Part shown: positions 24,601 through 36,600 of the stretch, one piece after another
Layout of the letters: each line of letters begins with the position of its first letter
Numbering within the stretch: position 1 is the stretch's first letter
Assembly (NCBI RefSeq): GCF_009914755.1
Contig: NC_060925.1
Reading direction: 5' to 3' (one strand)
From: the human T2T-CHM13v2.0 reference genome, Homo sapiens
DNA: 64,000 nucleotides
The notes under the pieces: generated by a model
Seen by the model: only the letters and a program-made list of their open reading frames with translations
What the model was told of the DNA's origin: nothing
Databases searched by the model: none
Translations under genes and position numbers: made by a program

Positions 24601-27600
24601 TCGTTGGAAACGGGATTTCTTCATATTCTGCTAGACAGAAGAATTCTCAGTAACTTCCTTGTGTTGTGTGTATTCAACTCACAGAGTTGAACGATCCTTT
24701 ACACAGAGCAGACTTGAAACACTCTTTTTGTGGAATTTGCAAGTGGAGATTTCAGCCGCTTTGAGGTCAATGGTAGAAAAGGAAATATCTTCGTATAAAG
24801 ACTAGACAGAATGATTCTCAGAAACTCCTTTGTGATGTGTGCGTTCAACTCACAGAGTTTAACTTTTCTTTTCATAGAGCAGTTAGGAAACACTCTATTT
24901 GTAAAGTCTGCAAGTGGATATTCAGACCTCTTTGAGGCCTTCGTTGGAAACGGGATTTCTTCATATTATGGTAGACAGAATAATTCTCAGTAACTTCCTT
25001 GTGTTGTGTGTATTCAACTCACAGAGTTGAACGATCCTTTACAGAGAGCAGACTTGAAACACTCTTTTTGTGGAATTTCCAAGTGGAGATTTCAGCCGCT
25101 TTGAGGTCAATGGTAGAATAGGAAATATCTTCCTATAGAAACTACACAGAATGATTCTCAGAAACTCCTTTATGATGTGTGCGTTCAACTCACAGAGTTT
25201 AACCTTTCTTTTCATAGAGCAGTTAGGAAACACTCTGTTTGTAAAGTCTGCAAGTGGATATTCAGACCTCTTTGAGGCCTTCGTTGGAAACGGGATTTCT
25301 TCATATTCTGCTAGACAGAAGAATTCTCAGTAACTTCCTTGTGTTGTGTGTATTCAACTCACAGAGTTGAACGATCCTTTACAGAGAGCAGACTTGAAAC
25401 ACTCTTTTTGTGGAATTTGCAAGTGGAGATTTCAGCCGCTTTGAGGTCAATAGTAGTAAAGGAAATATCTTCGTAGAAAAACTAGACAGAATGATTCTCA
25501 GAAACTCCTTTCTGATGTGTGTGTTCAACTCACAGAGTTTAAACTTTCTTTTCATAGAGCAGTTAGGAAACACTCTGTTTATAAAGTCTGCAAGTGGATA
25601 TTCAGACCCGTTTGAGGCCTTCGTTGGAAACGGGATTTCTTCATATTATGCTAGACAGAAGAATTCTCAGTAACTTCCTTGTGTTGTGTGTATTCAACTG
25701 ACACAGTTGAACTTTCATTTAGAGAGAGCAGATTTGAAACACTGTTTTTGTGGAATTTGCAAGTGGAGATTTCAAGCGCTTTCGGGCCAAAGGCAGAAAA
25801 CGAAATATCTTCGTATAAAAACTAGACAGAATCATTCTCAGAAACTGCTGCGTGATGTGTGCGTCCAACTCTCAGAGTTTAACTTTTCTTTTCATTCAGC
25901 GGTTTGGAAACACTCTGTTTGTAAAGTCTGCACGTGGATATTTTGACCACTTAGAGGCCTTCGTTGGAAACGGGTTTCTTTCATGTAAGGCTAGACAGAA
26001 GAATTCCCAGTAACTTCCTTGTGTTGTGTGCATTCAACTCACAGAGTTGAACGTTCCCTTAGACAGAGCAGATTTGAAACACTCTATTTGTGCAATTTGC
26101 AAGTGTAGATTTCAAGCGCTTTAAGGTCAATGGCAGAAAAGGAAATATCTTCGTTTCAAAACTAGACAGAATCATTTCCACAAACTGCGTTGTGATGTGT
26201 TCGTTCAACTCACAGAGTTTAACCTTTCTGTTCATAGAGCAGTTAGGAAACACTCTGTTTGTAAAGTCTGTAAGTGGATATTCTGACATCTTGTGGCCTT
26301 CGTTGGAAACGGGATTTCTTCATATTCTGCTAGACAGAAGAATTCTCAGTAACTTCCTTGTGTTGTGTGTATTCAACTCACAGAGTTGAACGATCCTTTA
26401 CACAGAGCAGACTTGAAACACTCTTTTTGTGGAATTTGCAGTGGAGATTTCAGCCGCTTTGAAGTCAATGGTAGAATAGGAAATATCTTCCTATAGAAAC
26501 TAGACAGAATGATTCTCAGAAACTCCTTTGTGATGTGTGCGTTCAACTCACAGAGTTTAACCTTTCCTTTCATAGAGCAGTTAGGTAACACTCTCTTTGT
26601 AAAGTCTGCAAGTGGATATTCAGACCTCTTTGAGGCCTTCGTTGGAAACGGGATTTCTTCATATTCTGCTAGACAGAAGAATTCTCAGTAACTTCCTTGT
26701 GTTGTGTGTATTCAACTCACAGAGTTGAACGATCCTTTACACAGAGCAGACTTGAAACACTCTTTTTCTGGAATTTGCAAGTGGAGATTTCAGCCGCTTT
26801 GAGGTCAATAGTAGAAAAGGAAATATCTTCGTAGAAAAACTAGACAGAATGATTCTCAGAAACTCCTTTGTGATGTGTGTGTTCAACTCACAGAGTTTAA
26901 CCTTTCTTTTCATAGAGCAGTTAGGAAACACTCTGTTTATAAAGTCTGCAAGTGGATATTCAGACCCCTTTGTGGCCTTCGTTGGAAACGGGATTTCTTC
27001 ATATTATGCTAGACAGAAGAATTCTCAGTAACTTCCTTGTGTTGTGTGTATTCAACTGACAGAGTTGAACTTTCATTTAGAGAGAGCAGATTTGAAACAC
27101 TGTTTTTCTGGAATTTGCAAGTGGAGATTTCAAGCGCTTTGGGGCCAAAGGCAGAAAAGGAAATATCTTCGTATAAAAACTAGACAGAATCATTCTCAGA
27201 AACTGCTGCGTGATGTGTGCGTTCAACTCTCAGAGTTTAACTTTTCTTTTCATTCAGCGGTTTGGAAACACTCTGTTTGTAAAGTCTGCACGTGGATATT
27301 TTGACCACTTAGAGGCCTTCGTTGGAAACGGGTTTTTTTCATGTAAGGCTAGACAGAAGAATTCCCAGTAACTTCCTTGTGTTGTGTGCATTCAACTCAC
27401 AGAGTTGAACGTTCCCTTAGACAGAGCAGATTTGAAACACTCTATTTGTGCAATTTGCAAGTGTAGATTTCAAGCGCTTTAAGGTCAATGGCAGAAAAGG
27501 AAATATCTTCGTTTCAAAACTAGACAGAATCATTCCCACAAACTGCGTTGTGATGTGTTCGTTCAACTCACAGAGTTTAACCTTTCTGTTCATAGAGCAG

Positions 27601-30600
27601 TTAGGAAACACTCTGTTTGTAAAGTCTGTAAGTGGATATTCTGACATCTTGTGGCCTTCGTTGGAAACGGGATTTCTTCATATTATGCTAGACAGAAGAA
27701 TTCTCAGTAATTTCCTTGTGTTGTGTGTATTCAACTCACAGAGTTGAACGATCCTTTACACAGAGCAGACTTGAAACACTCTTTTTGTGGAATTTGCCAG
27801 TGGAGATTTCAGCCACTTTGAGGTCAATGTTAGAATAGGAAATATCTTCCTATAGAAACTAGACAGAATGATTCTCAGAAACTCCTTTGTGATGTGTGCG
27901 TTCAACTCACAGAGTTCAACCTTTCTTTTCATAGAGCAGTTAGGAAACACTCTGTGTGTAAAGTCTGCAAGTGGATATTCAGACCTCCTTGAGGCCTTCG
28001 TTGGAAACGGGATTTCTTCATATTCTGCTAGACAGAAGAATTCTCAGTAACTTCCTTGTGTTGTGTGTATTCAACTCACAGAGTTGAACGATCCTTTACA
28101 CAGAGCAGACTTGAAACACTCTTTTTGTGGAATTTGCAAGTGGAGATTTCAGCCGCTTTGAGGTCAATGGTAGAAAAGGAAATATCTTCGTATAAAGACT
28201 AGACAGAATGATTCTCAGAAACTCCTTTGTGATGTGTGCTTTCAACTCACAGAGTTTAACTTTTCTTTTCATAGAGCGGTTAGGAAACACTCTATTTGTA
28301 AAGTCTGCAAGTGGATATTCAGACCTCTTTGAGGCCTTCGTTGGAAACGGGATTTCTTCATATTATGGTAGACAGAATAATTCTCAGTAACTTCCTTGTG
28401 TTGTGTGTATTCAACTCACAGAGTTGAACGATCCTTTACAGAGAGCAGACTTGAAACACTCTTTTTGTGGAATTTCCAAGTGGAGATTTCAGCCGCTTTG
28501 AGGTCAATGGTAGAATAGGAAATATCTTCCTATAGAAACTAGACAGAATGATTCTCAGAAACTCCTTTATGATGTGTGCGTTCAACTCACAGAGTTTAAC
28601 CTTTCTTTTCATAGAGCAGTTAGGAAACACTCTGTTTGTAAAGTCTGCAAGTGGATATTCAGACCTCTTTGAGGCCTTCGTTGGAAACGGGATTTCTTCA
28701 TATTCTGCTAGACAGAAGAATTCTCAGTAACTTCCTTGTGTTGTGTGTATTCAACTCACAGAGTTGAACGATCCTTTACACAGAGCAGACTTGAAACACT
28801 CTTTTTGTGGAATTTGCAAGTGGAGATTTCAGCCGCTTTGAGGTCAATAGTAGTAAAGGAAATATCTTCGTAGAAAAACTAGACAGAATGATTCTCAGAA
28901 ACTCCTTTCTGATGTGTGTGTTCAACTCACAGAGTTTAAACTTTCTTTTCATAGAGCAGTTAGGAAACACTCTGTTTATAAAGTCTGCAAGTGGATATTC
29001 AGACCCCTTTGTAGCCTTCGTTGGAAACGGGATTTCTTCATATTATGCTAGACAGAAGAATTCTCAGTAACTTCCTTGTGTTGTGTGTATTCAACTGACA
29101 GAGTTGAACTTTCATTTAGAGAGAGCAGATTTGAAACACTGTTTTTCTGGAATTTGCAAGTGGAGATTTCAAGCGCTTTGGGGCCAAAGGCAGAAAAGGA
29201 AATATCTTCGTATAAAAACTAGACAGAATCATTCTCAGAAACTGCTGCGTGATGTGTGCGTTCAACTCTCAGAGTTTAACTTTTCTTTTCATTCAGCGGT
29301 TTGGAAACACTCTGTTTGTAAAGTCTGCACGTGGATATTTTGACCACTTAGAGGCCTTCGTTGGAAACGGGTTTCTTTCATGTAAGGCTAGACAGAAGAA
29401 TTCCCAGTAACTTCCTTGTGTTGTGTGCATTCAACTCACAGAGTTGAACGTTCCCTTAGACAGAGCAGATTTGAAACACTCTATTTGTGCAATTTGCAAG
29501 TGTAGATTTCAAGCGCTTTAAGGTCAATGGCAGAAAAGGAAATATCTTCGTTTCAAAACTAGACAGAATCATTCCCACAAACTGCGTTGTGATGTGTTCG
29601 TTCAACTCACAGAGTTTAACCTTTCTGTTCATAGAGCAGTTAGGAAACACTCTGTTTGTAAAGTCTGTAAGTGGATATTCTGACATCTTGTGGCCTTCGT
29701 TGGAAACGGGATTTCTTCATATTCTGCTAGACAGAAGAATTCTCAGTAACTTCCTTGTGTTGTGTGTATTCAACTCACAGAGTTGAACGATCCTTTACAC
29801 AGAGCAGACTTGAAACACTCTTTTTGTGGAATTTGCAAGTGGAGATTTCAGCCACTTTGAGGTCAATGTTAGAATAGGAAATATCTTCCTATAGAAACTA
29901 GACAGAATGATTCTCAGAAACTGCTTTGTGATGTGTGCGTTCAACTCACAGAGTTCAACCTTTCTTTTCATAGAGCAGTTAGGAAACACTCTGTTTGTAA
30001 AGTCTGCAAGTGGATATTCAGACCTCTTTGAGGCCTTCGTTGGAAACGGGATTTCTTCATATTATGCTAGACAGAAGAATTCTCAGTAACTTCCTTGTGT
30101 TGTGTGTATTCAACTCACAGAGTTGAACCATCCTTTACAGAGAGCAGACTTGAAACACTCTTTTTGTGGAATTTGCAAGTGGAGATTTCAGCCGCTTTGA
30201 GGTCAATGGTAGAATAGGAAATATCTTCCTATAGAAACTAGACAGAATGATTCTCAGAAACTCCTTTGTGATGTGTGCGTTCAACTCACAGAGTTTAACC
30301 TTTCTTTTCATAGAGCAGTTAGGAAACACTCTGTTTGTAACGTCTGCAAGTGGATATTCAGACCTCTTTGAGGCCTTCGTTGGAAACGGGATTTCTTCAT
30401 ATTATGCTAGACAGAAGAATTCTCAGTAACTTCCTTGTGTTGTGTGTATTCAACTCACAGAGTTGAACGATCCTTTACAGAGAGCAGACTTGAAACACTC
30501 TTTTTGTGGAATTTGCAAGTGGAGATTTCACCCGCTTTGAGGTCAATAGTAAAAAAGGAAATATCTTCGTAGAAAAACTAGACAGAATGATTCTCAGAAA

Positions 30601-33600
30601 CTCCTTTGTGATGTGTGTGTTCAACTCACAGAGTTTAACCTTTCTTTTCATAGAGCAGTTAGGAAACACTCTGTTTGTAAAGTCTGCAAGTGGATATTCA
30701 GACCTCTTTGAGGCCTTCGTTGGAAACGGGATTTCTTCATATTCTGCTAGACAGAAGAATTCTCAGTAACTTCCTTGTGTTGTGTGTATTCAACTCACAG
30801 AGTTGAACGATCCTTTACACAGAGCAGACTTCAAACACTCTTTTTGTGGAATTTGCAAGTGGAGATTTCAGCCGCTTTGAGGTCAATAGTAGTAAAGGAA
30901 ATATCTTCGTAGAAAAACTAGACAGAATGATTCTCAGAAACTCCTTTCTGATGTGTGTGTTCAACTCACAGAGTTTAAACTTTCTTTTCATAGAGCAGTT
31001 AGGAAACACTCTGTTTATAAAGTCTGCAAGTGGATATTCAGACCCCTTTGTGGCCTTCGTTGGAAACGGGATTTCTTCATATTATGCTAGACAGAAGAAT
31101 TCTCAGTAACTTCCTTGTGTTGTGAGTATTCAACTGACAGAGTTGAACTTTCATTTAGAGAGAGCAGATTTGAAACACTGTTTTTGTGGAATTTGCAAGT
31201 GGAGATTTCAAGCGCTTTGGGGCCAAAGGCAGAAAAGGAAATGTCTTCGTATAAAAACTAGACAGAATCATTCTCAGAAACTGCTGCGTGATGTGTGCGT
31301 TCAACTCTCAGAGTTTAACTTTTCTTTTCATTCAGCGGTTTGGAAACACTCTGTTTGTAAAGTCTGCACGTGGATATTTTGACCACTTAGAGGCCTTCGT
31401 TGGAAACGGGTTTCTTTCATGTAAGGCTAGACAGAAGAATTCCCAGTAACTTCCTTGTGTTGTGTGCATTCAACTCACAGAGTTGAACGTTCCCTTAGAC
31501 AGAGCAGATTTGAAACACTCTATTTGTGCAATTTGCAAGTGTAGATTTCAAGCGCTTTAAGGTCAATGGCAGAAAAGGAAATATCTTCGTTTCAAAACTA
31601 GACAGAATCATTCCCACAAACTGCGTTGTGATGTGTCCGTTCAACTCACAGAGTTTAACCTTTCTGTTCATAGAGCAGTTAGGAAACACTCTGTTTGTAA
31701 AGTCTGTAAGTGGATATTCTGACATCTTGTGGCCTTCGTTGGAAACGGGATTTCTTCATATTATGCTAGACAGAAGAATTCTCAGTAACTTCCTTGTGTT
31801 GTGTGTATTCAACTCACAGAGTTGAACGATCCTTTACAGAGAGCAGACTTGAAACACTCTTTTTGTGGAATTTGCAAGTGGAGATTTCACCCGCTTTGAG
31901 GTCAATAGTAGAAAAGGAAATATCTTCGTAGAAAAACTACACAGAATGATTCTCAGAAACTCCTTTGTGATGTGTGTGTTCAACTCACAGAGTTTAACCT
32001 TTCTTTTCATAGAGCAGTTAGGAAACACTCTGTTTGTAAAGTCTGCAAGTGGATATTCAGACCTCTTTGAGGCCTTCGTTGGAAACGGGATTTCTTCATA
32101 TTATGCTAGACAGAAGAATTCTCAGTAACTTCCTTGTGTTGTGTGTATTCAACTGACAGAGTTGAACTTTCATTTAGAGAGAGCAGATTTGAAACACTGT
32201 TTTTGTGGAATTTGCAAGTGGAGATTTCAAGCGCTTTTGGGCCAAAGGCAGAAAAGGAAATATCTTCGTATAAAAACTAGACAGAATCATTCTCAGAAAC
32301 TGCTGCATGATGTGTGCGTTCAACTCTCAGAGTTTAACTTTTCTTTTCATTCAGCGGTTTGGAAACACTCTGTTTGTAAAGTCTGCACGTGGATATTTTG
32401 ACCACTTAGAGGCCTTCGTTGGAAACGGGTTTTTTTCATGTAAGGCTAGACAGAAGAATTCCCAGTAACTTCCTTGTGTTGTGTGCATTCAACTCACAGA
32501 GTTGAACGTTCCCTTAGACAGAGCAGATTTGAAACACTCTAGTTGTGCAATTTGCAAGTGTAGATTTCAAGCGCTTTAAGGTCAATGGCAGAAAAGGAAA
32601 TATCTTCGTTTCAAAACTAGACAGAATCATTCCCACAAACTGCGTTGTGATGTGTTCGTTCAACTCACAGAGTTTAACCTTTCCGTTCATAGAGCAGTTA
32701 GGAAACACTCTGTTTGTAAAGTCTGTAAGTGGATATTCTGACATCTTGTGGCCTTCGTTGGAAACGGGATTTCTTCATATTCTGCTAGACAGAACAATTC
32801 TCAGTAACTTCCTTGTGTTGTGTGTATTCAACTCACAGAGTTGAACGATCCTTTACAGAGAGCAGACTTGAAACACTCTTTTTGTGGAATTTGCAAGTGG
32901 AGATTTCAGCCGCTTTGAGGTCAATGGTAGAATAGGAAATATCTTCCTATAGAAACTAGACAGAATGATTCTCAGAAACTCCTTTGTGATGTGTGCGTTC
33001 AACTCACAGAGTTTAACCTTTCTTTTCATAGAGCAGTTAGGAAACACTCTGTTTGTAAAGTCTGCAAGTGGATATTCAGACCTCTTTGAAGCCTTCGTTG
33101 GAAACGGGATTTCTTCATATTCTGCTAGACAGAAGAATTCTCAGTAACTTCCTTGTGTTGTGTGTATTCAACTCACAGAGTTGAACGATCCTTTACACAG
33201 AGCAGACTTGAAACACTCTTTTTGTTGAATTTGCAAGTGGAGATTTCAGCCGCTTTGAGGTCAATAGTAGAAAAGGAAATATCTTCGTAGAAAAACTAGA
33301 CAGAATGATTCTCAGAAACTCCTTTGTGATGTGTGTGTTCAACTCACAGAGTTTAACCTTTCTTTTCATAGAGCAGTTAGGAAACACTCTGTTTATAAAG
33401 TCTGCAAGTGGATATTCAGACCCCTTTGTGGCCTTTGTTGGAAACGGAATTTCTTCATATTATGCTAGACAGAAGAATTCTCAGTAACTTCCTTGTGTTG
33501 TGTGTATTCAACTGACAGAATTGAACTTTCATTTAGAGAGAGCAGATTTGAAACACTGTTTTTGTGGAATTTGCAAGTGGAGATTTCAAGCGCTTTGGGG

Positions 33601-36600
33601 CCAAAGGCAGAAAAGGAAATATCTTCGTATAAAAACTAGACAGAATAATTCTCAGAAACTGCTGCGTGATGTGTGCGTTCAACTCTCAGAGTTTAACTTT
33701 TCTTTTCATTCAGCGGTTTGGAAACACTCTCTTTGTAAAGCCTGCACGTGGATATTTTGATCACTTAGAGGCCTTCGTTGGAAACGGGTTTTTTTCATGT
33801 AAGGCTAGACAGAAGAATTCCCAGTAACTTCCTTGTGTTGTGTGCATTCAACTCACAGAGTTGAACGTTCCCTTAGACAGAGCAGATTTAAAACACTCTA
33901 TTTGTGCAATTTGCAAGTGTAGATTTCAAGCGCTTTAAGGTCAATGGCAGAAAAGGAAATATCTTCGTTTCAAAACTAGACAGAATCATTCCCACAAACT
34001 GCGTTGTGATGTGTTCGTTCAACTCACAGAGTTTAACCTTTCTGTACATAGAGCAGTTAGGAAACACTCTGTTTGTAAAGTCTGTAAGTGGATATGCTGA
34101 CATCTTGTGGCCTTCGTTGGAAACGGGATTTCTTCATATTATGCTAGACAGAAGAATTCTCAGTAATATCCTTGTGTTGTGTGTATTCAACTCACAGAGT
34201 TGAACGATCCTTTACACAGAGCAGACTTGAAACACTCTTTTTGTGGAATTTGCAAGTGGAGATTTCAGCCACTTTGAGGTCAATGTTAGAATAGGAAATA
34301 TCTTCCTATAGAAATTAGACAGAAAGATTCTCAGAAACTACTTTGTGATGTGTGCGTTCAACTCACAGAGTTCAACCTTTCTTTTCATAGAGCAGTTAGG
34401 AAACACTCTGTGTGTAAAGTCTGCAAGTGGATATTCAGACCTCCTTGAGGCCTTCGTTGGAAACGGGATTTCTTCATATTCTGCTAGACAGAAGAATTCT
34501 CAGTAACTTCCTTGTGTTGTGTGTATTCAACTCACAGAGTTGAACGATCCTTTACACAGAGCAGACTTGAAACACTCTTTTTGTGGAATTTGCAAGTGGA
34601 GATTTCAGCCGCTTTGAAGTCAATGGTAGAAAAGGAAATATCTTCGTATAAAGACTAGACAGAATGATTCTCAGAAACTCCTTTGTGATGTGTGCGTTCA
34701 ACTCACAGAGTTTAACTTTTCTTTTCATAGAGCAGTTAGGAAACACTCTGTTTGTAAAGTCTGCAAGTGGATATTCAGACCTCTTTGAGGCCTTCGTTGG
34801 AAACGGGATTTCTTCATATTATGCTAGACAGAATAATTCTCAGTAACTTCCTTGTGTTGTGTGTATTCAACTCACAGAGTTGAACGATCCTTTACAGAGA
34901 GCAGACTTGAAACACTCTTTTTGTGGAATTTGCAACTGGAGATTTCAGCCGCTTTGAGGTCAATGGTAGAATAGGAAATATCTTCCTATAGAAACTAGAC
35001 AGAATGATTCTCAGAAACTCCTTTGTGATGTGTGCGTTCAACTCACAGAGTTTAACCTTTCTTTTCATAGAGCAGTTAGGAAACACTCTGTTTGAAAAGT
35101 CTGCAAGTGGATATTCAGACCTCTTTGAGGCCTTCGTTGGAAACGGGATTTCTTCATATTATGCTAGACAGAAGAATTCTCAGTAACTTCCTTGTGTTGT
35201 GTGTATTCAACTCACAGAGTTGAACGATCCTTTACACAGAGCAGACTTCAAACACTCTTTTTGTGGAATTTGCAAGTTGAGATTACAGCCGCTTTGAGGT
35301 CAATAGTAGAAAAGGAAATATCTTCGTAGAAAAACTAGACAGAATGATTCTCAGAAACTCCTTTGTGATGTGTGTGTTCAACTCACAGAGTTTAACCTTT
35401 CTTTTCATAGAGCAGTTAGTAAACACTCTGTTTATAAAGTCTGCAAGTGGATATTCAGACCTCTTTGAGGCCTTCGTTGGAAACGGGATTTCTTCATATT
35501 ATGCTAGACAGAAGAATTCTCAGTAACTTCCTTGTGTTGTGTGTATTCAACTGACAGAGTTGAACTTTCATTTAGAGAGAGCAGATTTGAAACACTGTTT
35601 TTGTGGAATTTGCAAGTGGAGATTTCAAGCGCTTTGGGGCCAAAGGCAGAAAAGGAAATATCTTCGTATAAAAACTAGACAGAATCATTCTCAGAAACTG
35701 CTGCGTGATGTGTGCGTTCAACTCTCAGAGTTTAACTTTTCTTTTCATTCAGCGGTTTGGAAATACTCTGTAAAGTCTGCACGTGGATATTTTGACCACT
35801 TAGAGGCCTTCGTTGGAAACGGGTTTTTTTCATGTAAGGCTAGACAGAAGAATTCCCAGTAACTTCCTTGTGTTGTGTGCATTCAACTCACAGAGTTGAA
35901 CGTTCCCTTAGACAGAGCAGATTTGAAACACTCTATTTGTGCAATTTGCAAGTGTAGATTTCAAGCGCTTTAAGGTCAATGGCAGAAAAGGAAATATCTT
36001 CGTTTCAAAACTAGACAGAATCATTCCCACAAACTGCGTTGTGATGTGTTCGTTCAACTCACAGAGTTTAACCTTTCTGTTCATAGAGCAGTTAGGAAAC
36101 ACTCTGTTTGTAAAGTCTGTAAGTGGATATTCTGACATCTTGTGGCCTTCGTTGGAAACGGGGTTTCTTCATATTATGCTAGACAGAAGAATTCTCAGTA
36201 ATATCCTTGTGTTGTGTGTATTCAACTCACAGAGTTGAACGATCCTTTACACAGAGCAGACTTGAAACACTCTTTTTGTGGAATTTGCAAGTGGAGATTT
36301 CAGCCACTTTGAGGTCAATGTTAGAATAGGAAATATCTTCCTATAGAAACTAGACAGAAAGATTCTCAGAAACTACTTTGTGATGTGTGCGTTCAACTCA
36401 CAGAGTTCAACCTTTCTTTTCATAGAGCAGTTAGGAAACACTCTGTGTGTAAAGTCTACAAGTGGATATTCAGACCTCCTTGAGGCCTTCGTTGGAAACG
36501 GGATTTCTTCATATTCTGCTAGACAGAAGAATTCTCAGTAACTTCCTTGTGTTGTGTGTATTCAACTCACAGAGTTGAACGATCCTTTACACAGAGCAGA

